From Eledone cirrhosa (Eukaryota), in NCBI GenBank assembly GCA_964016885.1, contig OZ024742.1:63364001-63428000 (forward strand): a stretch of DNA of 64,000 bases, written 5' to 3'. A model generated the notes under the pieces. The model ran no database searches. It saw nothing but the letters and a program-made list of their open reading frames with translations, and was not told where the DNA came from. Position 1 is the stretch's first letter; every line of letters begins with the position of its first letter. This document shows positions 1 through 12,924 of this stretch, piece by piece. Made by a program: the position numbers and the translations under genes.

Positions 1-171
1 ACACACATATACATATACCCACACATACATAGACATACACACATACAAACATAAACTGTCGTAAATATTGACTGGCATTTATTGCATATTATTCTTGCTG
101 TTTTATCTGTGTTTTACAGTCTCTCTCTCTATTGCTTTCTCTGCCTCACTCTCTGTCCTTTTTCGTCCTAC

Positions 172-224
<53 letters not shown>

Positions 225-361
225 CCTTGTTTCTCATTATATATATATATATTAACATATATATTAATATATATATTAACATTGAACTAAAACCTGTTGA
301 GAAAGTGGCTTCCTTGTTCAATCATCTTACCAGAAGCCTGACATTATTTATGTAAGCGGAC

Positions 362-551
362 TTATGGCGGTGAATTGGCAGTATCGGTAGAGGGTCGGAC
401 GCCATGCTTTGACGCATAGAGTTACGGCCCTTGCCATTCTGAGTTCAAATCCCGTCGAGGTTAACTTTGCCTTTCATCCTTACGGGGTCGATAAAATAAA
501 GTACCAGTAATACATTGGGAAATTGCTGGCCTTGTGCCAAAAGTAGAAACA
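362..551 (+). mobile_element. tRNA-derived SINE (octopod OK-like family), full copy with 19-bp target-site duplication
   Basis: Has an A-box-like TGGCAGTATCGG, a B-box-like GAGTTCAAATCC, the conserved core CCTTTCATCCTTACGGGGTCGATAAAATAAAGTACCAG and the tail GCCTTGTGCCAAAAGTAGAAAC. ATTATTTATGTAAGCGGAC is repeated at 343-361 and 552-570. Confidence 0.85.
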
Positions 552-832
552 ATTATTTATGTAAGCGGACGGTACTTGATTTAGGAGCCGCAGAAACCCA
601 AATACTGGATTTTACCAACCTTCCAGGGGTCCGGGTAAATTTTCAATACCCGAATTACTTGATCGTTTTTTTGGCTATGCGAATGATTGTTTAACCATCG
701 TCTCGGTGTGTTTGGCCTTTAACGTTTGTTATAGCTCTGGCTCATCTGAATCATTGAGCACTTTCTTCACATCTCGGAGGTTGTTTTTCGTTATTTCGTG
801 GGCCGAAATGCGAATCTCGATAATTTATGTTT

Positions 833-878
<46 letters not shown>

Positions 879-921
879 GAAAGGTATAGAAAACATTGTA
901 GCAAAAAGCCAACAGTATTCC

Positions 922-986
<65 letters not shown>

Positions 987-1000
987 ACTCGTGGGGGAAT

Positions 1001-1192
1001 AATAATTGTTTCTACTTTTGGCACAAGGCCAGCAATTATTTCAGTGCATTACTGGTACTTTATTTTATCGACCCCGTAAAGATGAAACGCAAAGTTAAAC
1101 TCGGCGGGATTTGAACTCAGACCGTAAAGGGTCGTAACTCTATTCTGCAAAGGATGGTGTCCGACCCTCTACCGATACTCACAATCCACCGC
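1001..1192 (-). mobile_element. SINE copy of the same family; further copies at ~6331-6547(-), 12511-12740(-), 14482-14580(+), 19398-19580(-), 19868-20053(-), 21648-21820(+), 25388-25483(+), 34190-34335(+), 34553-34930(-, two), 38203-38379(-), 39045-39255(+), 52468-52560(-), 53103-53175(-), 63205-63345(+)
   Basis: All share the core and tail sequence of 362-551, in direct or reverse-complement orientation. Confidence 0.85.
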
Positions 1193-1284
1193 GTTGAGTG
1201 AATCATGATCATATAATAATATTATTGATATTCGGTTTGTTTGCAAGCAAACAGCCTCATTAACACCATGTGCGTTTTCTAGAT

Positions 1285-1481
1285 CAGGCAGGTCAAACTG
1301 AGGGTGCCCCGAGGGCCACATGGGTCACATATGTGTTGTCTGAAGACCACACATGACAACTAATTGCGCACATTACAACTAATTTTATATTACGCTGGCG
1401 CTGTAAAAACCTTTGTGCGGGCCACGGGTGTGCTTGTAAAGGTCAGCATAAGGGCCGCGGGCCGCATGTTTGACATGCCTG
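1285..1481. mobile_element. hAT (Charlie-like) MITE
   Basis: TIRs CAGGCAGGTCAAAC / GTTTGACATGCCTG and subterminal GGGCCGC motifs. A perfect 8-bp TSD TTCTAGAT lies at 1277-1284 and 1482-1489. Confidence 0.85.
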
Positions 1482-1689
1482 TTCTAGATCACCAACTTCG
1501 TCCTTTTGTCCCAGCGGTAGCTGAGAGAAAACAGTCGACAATTGTTTCAGAGATTTTGCTCCTTATCGAGACTATGTAATCTTGTCATTGCTACCCACTA
1601 GAACTACCGAGAATACATAGTATTCTCAAATGTATACATCGGCTGATTAGCCTAATTTGTATTCGTATAGAGACACCAGGGCAGCAAGA

Positions 1690-3795
1690 ACTATATCTTT
1701 TATCTCCCTTTTTGAAAATTGGGATTATCACTCCCGATTGCGATTGCTTAGGTGCCTTTCCATGGATCCAGACCAACCGGCACACACGAGTCAGCCAGAG
1801 AATAGCCAGAATGCTTTTAACATCTCGGACTGTATTTCATCCTCCCCAGCGGCCTTGCCACATTTGAGTTCTTTAATTGTTCTTGTGACCTCAGCCTCAG
1901 AGAGATTAGTAACCGCTTCTAGATGCACCTCGTGTACATCAGAAGATGCTGCAGTGATCAGGTTTAGGAGATCAGTAAAGAAGTTTCTCTACCCCGCCAG
2001 GATGCACCTCTCTGAACCCCAGACGAGTTCCTGGTAGCAGGTGTGTGTGAGGACTTTTTATTGTGAAGTTGGTGGATTGTCTGCCAGATCACTTTATTTG
2101 CTGATCTGAAGTCGGATTCCAGTTTAACCCCAAAGTCCTTTCATGTCTTAACTTTGGACGCCTTTACTGTCACTGCTGCGATTCTTCGTGGCTGCTTGTA
2201 CTGCAAGTCCTAGAAGGAGGACTTATTTCCAAGCCAAGCTTTATAGGACACTTCTTTGCTCGAATGGTATCTTTGACCTCTTGATTGAACCAAGGTGTCG
2301 TTCTGCCATCCGGCACCACACCAAGCCTCTTTTGCCTGCAGCATTTAACAGCTGAAGCAGAAACTGCTGAACTAAACAATCTCCACTCTGTCTCAAGGTC
2401 CTCAGTTTGCTCAGGGTGTTCTCTGAATTTGGATGCAACAGTATCTGCATACATAGTCCTGACTTCCTTATCCATCAACGCTTCCCACTTTATCCTGTAG
2501 GTCACCCTGGATCTGTTAATTTTGTGGGCTTCTTTGGCATTAGGTAGTCTCAAGTTGCAGATAACTAGATGGTGATCAGTTGACACAGCAACCTCTCTAT
2601 TAACGCGAACATCCAGCACAAAATCGAAGAGATCGGAGACAATAACAAAATCAGTTATTGAACTCTAACCCTGATTCCCCTTACACCGTGTATATTTATG
2701 GATGTCTCTGTGCTGAAAGAAGATGTTCATAATAGAGAGTCAATTACAAGAACAAAGCTCTAGTAAGGCCTCTCCATCTGTATTTAGATCGGAGTTACCA
2801 TTCCTTCCAATCACTCCTTTCCATGTCAGGTGGTCAGTGCCAACATGTACATTAAAGTCTCCCATCAGGATATATGACTCAGTCTCAACTACTTCTAACG
2901 CTGCAGTGACCTCATCAAGGAAGGATCTGTAGCCGGACTCCTTGTTTGGTGCATAAACTTGCACCATCCACAGAGACCTATCTTTCCGCCTAAGCTTCAA
3001 AAGGCAAATGCTCCCTCCTAATGGGATCCAATCCATAACACATTCTGACAGTCGGGGTGTTGTTAGTATCTCCACTACAGTCATTTATGGTACCACTCCT
3101 GAATAGAGAAGTTTCCATTCGCCATCCAAATCTACAATGCCAGAGCCATGGAACCTTGTTTAAGAACTCCCTACTATATCTAGCCGGTAGCATATAGCAT
3201 CCTCTACTAGTTCCTGCTCTTTACCTGTAAGGGTTGTGATGTTCCAGGTTCCAATGGTTATGGTTTGCTCCCTTCCGAACCCTCTTTGGGGTCTCGGTAT
3301 ACGCAATCTTTGTCATTCCACGCCTCCCAGGACTTATCGCAGGCCCATCGCCAGTTCTTGCAGCATGAAATGGAGACTGCACTATATTTTTCGAACAGAC
3401 ACTTGTACCTAGGGCCTGAACGCGTCCCTTATTAACCCATGCGATGGACGGTGCGGTTTGGTTGTTTTTGTTACCTCTTACTATATTGCAGTTTTAGTGA
3501 TCTTATTCACGCTAGTGAATAAGATCACTTTCTCAAACCTGCGAAGACTAGGCTATTTTAGAGGCGGCTTTACTCGCCTAGTCATAGCTACATCACTGGG
3601 TTGTGAGAGTTTTTTTGGGAGCTACAGGTGTCACCCATTGCTCCATCTCCTATGGTAATTTATCGGGTTTGGTCTGGGGTTGATTATTTGTCCGGCAGCT
3701 ACCAGCTTATATCGCAACTAGCCATCATATCTGGTGGCCGTATCGCTATCCGCCACCTGCGACCGTTCTCTAGCAGAACAGCTCCGCCGAGAAGT
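1690..3795 (-). mobile_element. RTE-clade LINE relic (5' UTR, APE endonuclease, start of RT), frameshifted and 3'-truncated
   Basis: Motifs GTWNITTLTGK, QVYAP, MGDFNVHVG, STDHHLV, TPWFNQEVK, GKAAGEDEI and VIIPIFKKGDK are spread over several frames. Confidence 0.85.
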
Positions 3796-4394
3796 AAAGA
3801 TATTAAAGCTATCAATGTTAATTTTGCTTTAGAATTAATTACAAGAAAATCAAATGTAAATTCATATAAAATTAAGTATAGATTTATATATAGAAAGACT
3901 AGTACAGATAAAAAGAGATTTAATAACGCACACACACTAAGTCTAGTCTAAAGTCTCTCAAACGAGAAGGCTCGTTAGGCCGGTTCTTATCCCGGTTTCG
4001 TGACGTGAAGCAACTGAGAGTACATCTGTAGCTGAACTCTTACTTTAAGCTTCAATCATTCCTCCAAATGGTCTAATTCTACCCACAACGTGGTTACCCC
4101 AAACAACTTTCGACGTTGCTCGCCTTCGCCATTGATCGCGCCCATTTTCTCCTATCTGTACTTCTCTAACCTTTTAATCCACAACTCGCCCGCCACGGGG
4201 CACCATATCTAATATCACTTATTTATTCTTACATACTTCTTAAATAACTGCTTTCTTTTCTTCAGGGACCATCAAAACCTAAGTTGCCTTCATGTTCAGT
4301 TTCTTCATTTATTGCTAGACCAAACCTGGATTCTTTGAATGATCATATTTGCCTGCTAACACCCGTATCTTCATCCAGAGCGTCTCCCCTCTTA

Positions 4395-4680
4395 CAAGTT
4401 TATGGACAACTTCACCTATCCCCGCCCCGAAAATGTTAACTACAGTATCAAATACTAATAATCGTGTATATAGAAGAAGTTTGTGTAGATAGGAGAAACT
4501 CGTATATGTAGAAGACACTCATGTATATAGGATAGGCTTGTGTATATTGGAGATCCCATCAGAAGTTACGAGTACATGCATATATAACACCATGTTATTC
4601 TTGTTTACACGGCTTTGTCGAGAACAATTAATTTTCTACTTGGACACAGCTGCCTTGATTTCCTATAACCTCTTTTTGCA
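4395..4680 (+). pseudogene. Highly decayed PLE GIY-YIG endonuclease fragment
   Basis: Translation gives NTNNRVY...LVYVEDT and RLCREQLIFYLDT, resembling PLE endonuclease motifs. Confidence 0.35.
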
Positions 4681-5549
4681 TACATGCCCTTCCTACCATT
4701 TTCCCACACATCTATCCTATATATTCACATGGCTTCTTCATACCGTCCATATATTGTTATACCCTTCTCACGTCTTGATCATTCTACCCACACATTTCTA
4801 TACCTTGTTAACATCAAAAATTGTTTATCTATTTATCTATTACATCTGGATCTTATTGCTTCAATATCACATAGAATTTTTAATGTTAATATTACACCAT
4901 TTTATTAACTTAACAGCACACATTCAAAAGTCCTCTCACACACATAATTACGTTAAACACGAACACACAAATGCTCCTATTCTCACATAACCTCTCTCAC
5001 GCACATCATTCCCTCTTAACACATGCACGCGCATACACTCTCTCACACACTCTCACATTGGCTGGTGACTGTCAATCGAATTCAATGAAGATCATCTCTT
5101 TCATTTGTGGATCACAATTTTTTATGTATAGTTTCGGCCGCAAACATGGCAAGTGAATATTTGGTTGGAGAAGCCAGATATTGATCTGTATGCATACCAC
5201 TTTTCTCGTGTCACATGGGAGTGGTTAGTGCACTTCTTCTCCATGTCCTCAATTCCCTTCCTATAGTATGTATAGAACTAGGGGTTAATCTTGCGTTAGA
5301 CTGGTGTCCTATTCATTCGGGAGTCTTGTACTCTCAGTCGCTTAACGCCAAGGAAACCGATATAAGCATCGGCCTGATGAGACTCTGAGTTGGGACGAAC
5401 TTTAACTTTTTAATGTCTGTATACGCACACACACAGACACGCGCGCGCGCGCGTGTGTGTGTGTAAAAGGTAAACAGAAATAACAACACAATCGGTACAG
5501 TATATGGAAGGAATATATTAGTTTAACGCTTAAAATAGCAGGAAGTGGG

Positions 5550-5585
5550 TCTTAACATTTCGGACGCTAGTCCTTCAGCAGAAGA
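5550..5585 (-). ncRNA. Degenerate hammerhead motif (family of 59368-59403; truncated copy at 15133-15157)
   Basis: Minus strand reads TCTT CTGCTGA A GGAC TAGC GTCC GAAA TG TT AAGA, with two changes relative to the intact copy. Confidence 0.55.
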
Positions 5586-7589
5586 AAGAATGAGAAATTA
5601 GAAAGATTGAAGGGACGGGCGGGGTGGAATTGGAAAAAATGTTTTTAGAGAAAAATAACAGGTCCATCTCTTGGAAAACTGTTGATGCTGGCGTTTTGTG
5701 TATGATATACCTTTTTAGAAAAGTGGTTGATGGAGCGCGTCTACCTGAAATGGAAAAAAAACCATACGGACCTGCATTTTATTGTTAGTTGAATGTTTTA
5801 TTTACTCTGGTTTGATTTATATATATATTTTTGCAACTCAGTCTTTGATCTTCAAAAGAATGGTGGATTTGGCAGAAGTATTTGAGCGATAGACCAAGTT
5901 CTCTGAGACATCTAATTACGATGTTTACGTTCTAAGTTCAAATCATGTCGTGGTCAGCTTTGCCTGTATTTTTTCCAAATCAATAAAACAAAGAACTAGT
6001 CAAATACTTGAGTCAATATAATCGAGTTTCCCTTCCCCACGAATTGCTCACCTTGTTCATAAATTAGAAATTCCCTTTCTTCTCCAATAATCACATATTG
6101 TTTTTGCCTTCAAAAAAGTGTTTTCTTCCTACATTGAGAAACTCTCCGAAAACGTCAATTTCTCATTATTTTATTACAGTGCATTATATCAATATTTTTT
6201 TTGGGGGGGGGGGGGGTCATGATTTAGCTCGATATATGGACGTACAAACACAGACACATATTTGTGTGTATATATCTCAATATGTATATATGTACATGTT
6301 AACCACACATCTATAGTTTATGATATTATATAATGATTTCTACTTTAGGCACAAGGCCAGCAATTTGGGGGAGGGGAAAGTCGATTAAATAGACCCCAAT
6401 GCATTACTCGTGCTTTATTTTATCGACCCCGTAAGAATCAAAGGCAAAGCTAAGCTCGGCGTGATTTGAACTTACAACATAAAGGTCCGTAACTCTATGC
6501 TGGAAAGCATGGTGTCAGACGCTCTATCGATGTTGCCAATCCACCCTCCTCTTTCATATTATATAATAAACACATAAATCTGTCTGGCAACCGAGAAGTA
6601 GGACGTCTGACCTGCCATGCATGAAATGCAGCGTCCATGATGTACATTCACATAAATATTGTTATGTTGGGTAACTTGAAAATCCTACATCTTAGTGAAG
6701 GGTTCATCTCACATATACACACGAATTGTTAAGCTCATGTGACCTTTAACGTCCTTCAGTCACACTGAAGATCTATCTCCCCCCCCCCCTCTATCTCTTT
6801 CACATACACATATGCTAGCACAAAATCATAGGTCGTGAATTGGCTCCAAAGGCGACAAATTAGCAGTCATTAGATGGTATTATAAAATACTTAGCTGTAT
6901 GTGTTCTTATTCTCAACGCACTGAGTTTAAATTCTATCGAGATCAATTTCATCGTTCATCATTTCTAGGTGAATAAAATGAAACACCAGTCCAAGGCGGT
7001 GGATTAGAAGAAATCTTAGAGCGTCGAATGAGATTCTTTGGAGAGTTACTTCAGTCTCTGCATTTGTGAACTAAGTCGACCTATTTGAATAGTAGACTTA
7101 ATTCATCACTCGACTTAACACTCCAGTCAGGCGCGTTTGGAGCCTTTAGCGGAGTCCACGCTTGCTATAATTCGAATCAAGTCTCCGGTTTGAAGATACC
7201 TTCCTCCTTCCATCTCATCTGTCTCCGAGGCCATGAAAAGGATCATGGACATTGTCGTCATCTCCCCGATTAAACATTAAAGTAAATGTGACCTTCGAAT
7301 TATGAAACTTATCGCTAGAAATATTTAAGGGTCTTATTGAAAAGTCTCACAAATAAAGTTTTTCCTTGATTCCTGACTACAAATAACACCTCAAGATCCA
7401 TAAATAAATGTTTTTGGAAAGCTGAGGATTGCTTAGATTGCTACGGCAAGAGTAATTTAAAACTTCTAATACCAACCCAACCCAACCCAGTTCTATGAAA
7501 CAATGCTACCCATATTTAAAGGTTCCTATTCAAATTAAAATCTTCCAATATAATTTTATATTAGTATCATATGGTTATGATATTGAATC

Positions 7590-7780
7590 GGATATCAGAG
7601 AGTCACTCCAGGTAGAGCCGCTACTTCTCCGAATTGAGAGATCATAGCTCCGATACTATCGACATGTGGTTAGAATGTCTCAGGAAAGAATCGCTGGACA
7701 GATTTTACGGGAAAAACCAATCGGCAGGAGATCCAGGAGTAGACTCCGAGTAAGATGGTTGGAAACATCCATGAGCTTGA
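7590..7780 (+). pseudogene. RTE LINE C-terminal fragment
   Basis: Translation ESLQVEPLLLRIERS*LRYYRHVVRMSQERIA...GRRSRSRLRVRWLE is typical of the RTE ORF C-terminus. Confidence 0.65.
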
Positions 7781-8839
7781 CCCCTCAATTCTGAGTTATA
7801 GCGGCTGTATGTGGAGCGATACCTTGATATCCGAACTACAGAATAAATTATAAATAAAATAAAACGAGTTATTAGAATATAATTTTCAATGTGTGATTGT
7901 TTACGGGGAAGGTGCTGATGTAATATATTCTCTTAAAGGGGTTAGTAATTCGAAAAGAATTGGGGAGATTCTGATGAGAAATAAATCTCTCCCTGGATAG
8001 AAAACCCATACATTTGTTCAGTGATAAAATGTGTTGTTGTTGTTGTTGTTTAACCTCAGTTGAGCCATGACCATCCCATTTTTTGTATTCAGACAAAGTG
8101 TATTTTGTATCATAGAGCCCACTCCCCGCTTCGGCCAGGAATGACCATGGGCATACATTTATATACCTCCCTTCCGAGGCACAAACCCGGGAAAAGTGAT
8201 TTTTTCCTTTTTTGGAAAACCAGCAGTTGCCCATGCAACTTACCTCTCCACGCCATCGATGTTGTCCAAGAGAAACGCTGATAAAGCGTCAAAGTTGACA
8301 GGAACAGAGTGAAATAAAGATTTTGCTCATGGACAAAATACAGCTTCCCTTCCGGGAATCGAACTGACGAATATAGTGTATATAGAACTATGTTGTTCAA
8401 TATCTCCTTCAACGAGTGATTTAAGTGAAATCAGACTGCTGTTTATGGCAGATGAAGAATCAGTTATACAGAAAGCTCCAGCCGTGACCATCCAATCTAT
8501 TATTCAGATATAATCCATATAGAGCTGTCGTACTCTATATCTCCTTCTAGGTGTGATTTAAGTGAAAATTTGGTTGCTATTTATAGCAGGACTAGCAACA
8601 ACAGTTATACAGAAAGCCCCATGGTTACCTAGACAAAGACACTGTTTATGAAGCAGCTGTTGTATAATAGTATTTACCTGACAAGGTAACTGTAGCTACT
8701 ACAACAGGCTTCTGTTTCCCTTTCATCACAAAGGAGGGGTATTATGAACTCACCAGCTTTGTATCACACACACACAGACACACACACAGACACACACACA
8801 GACACACACACAGACACACACACACGCTCTCTCTGTGTG

Positions 8840-8876
<37 letters not shown>

Positions 8877-8898
8877 CATATCTATACACACACGCACA

Positions 8899-8941
<43 letters not shown>

Positions 8942-8946
<5 letters not shown>

Positions 8947-9145
8947 AACAAGTATGACCCCGACGGCAGAGCTCAAGCCGTTTCGACAGCTATTTCTGAA
9001 CTCGAAATAGTCCAGAAATAGCCGTCGAAACGGCTTGAGCTCTGCCGTCGGGGTCATACTTGTTCCTATTACCCACTCTACTACCCTAAGTATTGAGTAC
9101 TTTGGTGCGTTATGGCCCATCTGGTTCCTTACTACAATTCCTTCG

Positions 9146-9146
<1 letters not shown>
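8942..9146 (+). repeat. Fold-back element: ~60-bp-arm hairpin plus unique tail, inserted in (TA)n; family members at 30982-31175(+), 41520-41727(-) and partly 13905-13945
   Basis: Arms 8942-9002 and 9009-9069 are reverse complements. They carry GAAAC-GGCTTGAGCTCTGCC-GTC, the 3' half of a hammerhead. Confidence 0.85.
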
Positions 9147-9232
<86 letters not shown>

Positions 9233-9281
9233 GAGTTCATGTTGGTTGTATACCAACACCTCAGTATGCATACTAATTCAA

Positions 9282-9336
9282 ACTGCCTGAAGAGGTCAGA
9301 GCCAAAGATGGCTGTCACTGAAATATATATAGCAGT
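9282..9336 (+). ncRNA. Type I minimal hammerhead ribozyme motif
   Basis: ACTGC CTGAAGA [stem II with AGCCA/TGGCT] GAAA T-ATAT-A TA GCAGT. Stem I is perfect and AATAAA follows immediately. Confidence 0.7.
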
Positions 9337-9380
9337 AATAAACGAAGCTAAATTTTAATCATTTGACTTTTATTTAACTT

Positions 9381-9485
<105 letters not shown>

Positions 9486-9542
9486 CAAGGTTTAGTAAAT
9501 AAGAAAAAGTTTCAAAATAAATTTTAAAAAATTAACTTTACT

Positions 9543-9629
<87 letters not shown>

Positions 9630-9809
9630 AATATATATATATATATACACATGAGTGTGAGTTCACGAGTGCGGTCATATTAAAATTCAGTTCATGTGCA
9701 CGTGGATATGAATGCATGCATGTATTTGCCTTTCTGCGCGCGTGCGCGCGTATGTGTGTGTGTACGTGCAATGTGTGTATGTGCAATATATATATATCTA
9801 TATATATAT

Positions 9810-9864
<55 letters not shown>

Positions 9865-10340
9865 CTATTATTATTTTACAAGTTTCAATCATTAGACTGC
9901 GGACACTGCCTTTATGACACCCATCTCTGTACACATGTTACTGTTAGAAATCTGGTGCATATTTTATCGATCTCTTTTTGGTCGAACCGCTATGTTAAGT
10001 GGTATAAATAAACACACGCGCTCGCGCATACGCATATTGGAAACGCATGACTGGAGAAAGAAAGATAAATAATAGACAATTGATCCACACACATATATAT
10101 GCCGTGTATGAGTGTATGTATGCTTAGGGTGTATATGTGTGTTAGTGTGTTTGTGTGTATGTATGTGTGTGTCTTTGTGTGTATAGCATGGCTGTATTAT
10201 CCGATGGCTGAGGCCCTAGACTTGCAGATATTTCGGGCTTCCTCTGGCACTTCAATCTTCCATGTCCACTACAGCAAATAAAATTGACGAGTCCCTATTT
10301 CCTGCAGAGAATCCCTTGAATTCAGTCTAGCCATATTTAT

Positions 10341-10426
<86 letters not shown>

Positions 10427-10617
10427 ATATCCATGTGCTTAGGTTTTTGTGTCTGTGTGGATGTTTGTGTGTATTTGTGTATGTGTAGTTTTGTGTGTGT
10501 GTTCGTGTGTGTGTTCGTGTGTGTGTTTGTGTGTGTGTTTGTGTGTATGCGGGTGTGTATGTTTGTGTGTATGTCTGCATGTATATATATATTTGTCTCT
10601 GTAAGTATGTTTACACG

Positions 10618-10656
<39 letters not shown>

Positions 10657-10661
<5 letters not shown>

Positions 10662-10734
10662 GTAAAAGAAACCAAAGAACGCTTACATACTCAAACAGTT
10701 AGTATGTAGCGTTCTTTGGTTTCTTTTACATATA
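10657..10734. repeat. Hairpin (~34-bp arms) next to (TA)n
   Basis: TATATGTAAAAGAAACCAAAGAACGCTTACATACT ... AGTATGTAGCGTTCTTTGGTTTCTTTTACATATA. Confidence 0.8.
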
Positions 10735-11104
10735 ACGGCTCTGTTATTGTACATTGAGCTAACACAATACTGTCATAATACAACACGGTGCATGTGTGTT
10801 TATGCACATATGCTCCGTGCTATACGTAAATAAATATATATATATATATATAAACCACAGACCCTCCATCTCAACTTTGAAAAGCAGAAGAACTGCGAAA
10901 CTGGTAAAGGAACCAAATAAATATATATATTTAAAAAAAAAAAAGACTTCAGTTGCATTTTCGATTTCATCCTTTTTCCTTATGCTTTCACTCGTGTAGG
11001 ACACCTCGGTTATTTTTCATTTTGTAAAAAAAAACTCACTTTCTAATATATATATATACATATATATATATAGTGACGAAACATGAACTCATAATCCTTT
11101 ATTT

Positions 11105-11160
11105 ACTGCTATATATATTTCGATGATAGCCATTGAATGGCTATGACCTCATCAGGCAGT
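11105..11160 (-). ncRNA. Type I minimal hammerhead ribozyme motif (family of 9282-9336)
   Basis: Minus strand reads ACTGC CTGATGA GGTC-ATAGCCAT-TCA-ATGGCTAT-CATC GAAA T-ATAT-A TA GCAGT. Confidence 0.75.
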
Positions 11161-11297
11161 TAGTCAGTTCTTAGATATGCCAGCTCTGTGTTGATATATA
11201 TATATACATACATACATCCTCCCCCCCCCCTTTTTTTTTCTAAATGTCTTTCCACCACTGCCCCACACACCCTTGGAACTCTCTTCCTACCCACTTT

Positions 11298-11333
11298 TCT
11301 CCTGATGAAGGGTTTATGCCCGAAACGTCGTTC
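11298..11333 (+). ncRNA. Hammerhead core with damaged stem I (related degenerate copy at ~50981-51012)
   Basis: CTGATGA A GGGT TTAT GCCC GAAA CG TC, the PLE-type CTGANGAAGG..CCGAAACGT pattern. Confidence 0.5.
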
Positions 11334-11803
11334 TCCACCCCTCACTCTCAAAAGCGTGAACTCATATTTGCACTGCCTCTCTGTTTTTGTTCCCGTCTAA
11401 GATTTAACTATATATATATATATTTATATGTACGCGTGTGTTATATAGTTATAGAGGTATGTATATACACTTTAATTTATATTTTTAATTATAGTGTGTC
11501 TACCCTGCCTTTCATAGGTTATAGATTCCATACACTGGTGGTTTTTCCCTGTTTTATTGATGGCGCACTATCTCTCTCTAGTGTGTTAACTTTTCAACAT
11601 ATTGTATTTTAAAGAGTTCAGGATTCCTTCTCCTTTGAGCACATTATTGACAGGGAATAGCGAGTGTCTATGGCTCCGTTAATTGATCGTGATATATATA
11701 TATATATATGAGATCTTCTGAGTTTCAGAAGATCCGTTAAGGGTGAAAGCAGCGATTCTTTGCTTAAACTTTAATCTGTTCTTATAATAAATAATTGCTC
11801 TAC

Positions 11804-11845
<42 letters not shown>

Positions 11846-12924
11846 ATTTTAAATCAGTGATATAATTTATGGAGAAAAACTCTGCATTTCAATATTACTC
11901 AATGTAAAATGTAATGCATGAAAAATTGGAAAACATTATTTTTTGTAATATATCAAATCAAAATTACATTATTAAATCTTATTCTTATTTTGTTTCTTGT
12001 AAATAATTTTTTCAAAATATCAATTCAAAACTTTTGTGAATAGGCATCATATCTTGTCATTTACCTATGGTTTAAATTTCATATAAATCGAAGGGAAAAA
12101 TTTGTGCCCCGGGGAACCCTAATAGGGGGTTTAACCCCCATTAGGGAGTCTTAATATTATTGAAATTTGCTAAAATTTTGTGAATAGGCATCATATCTTG
12201 TCATTTACCACACACATATAAATATATATATCGCTGGTCAAATAGTTCAGTTGATACCTCATTCATTACCAATGTAAACAGTGGATGGTCAACATGCTCT
12301 ATTGTTATTGTTTAACCCCAGGTCATACCTGATCCAGCAGACATAAAATAGAAGGCATGATGAATTCATGGGGATGGGATGACTGGGTGTATTTAAACGG
12401 CCCCCAATTAGTTTTGTTGCTACTACAAATAATATGCAACGCCCCCGATGAAATTTTCAACCTGGACCCCATTCAAGCTTAGCCCGCCCCTGGTAAAAGG
12501 TATCCAATCATAATAATTTCTACTATAGGCACAAGGACAGTCATTTTTTTGTGGGGGTGGGGTGGGATGGGAGGAGAAAGTCGATTAAATCGACCCCAGT
12601 TCGCTACTGGTACTTTATTTTATTGATCCTGTAAGGATGAAAGGCAGAGCTAACCTCGTCGGGATTTGAACTCAGATCGTAAAGGGACGTAACCCTATGC
12701 AATAAAGCATGTTGTCCGACGCTCTACTGATACTGCCAATATCCAATCATAAAGCTAACTAGACATGCGTAGTTAAATAGTTAACTTCGTAACCCTTTGG
12801 TTTATGGTTCAGTCATATTACACAGTTCCTTGATCAAGGCTCTTCTACTTTAGCCTCGGGTTGATCAGTGCCTTGTGAGAGGAATTTGGTACAGGGAAAC
12901 TACAATACCCAGGTCTCTACAATA

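Noticed and set aside
366-465. tRNA gene
   Set aside because: The A/B boxes belong to a SINE head and no cloverleaf can be formed.
5368-5400. CTGATGA as a hammerhead core
   Set aside because: No GAAA, stem III or stem I partner. It looks like an RTE-type SINE tail (reverse copy near 3965-4020).
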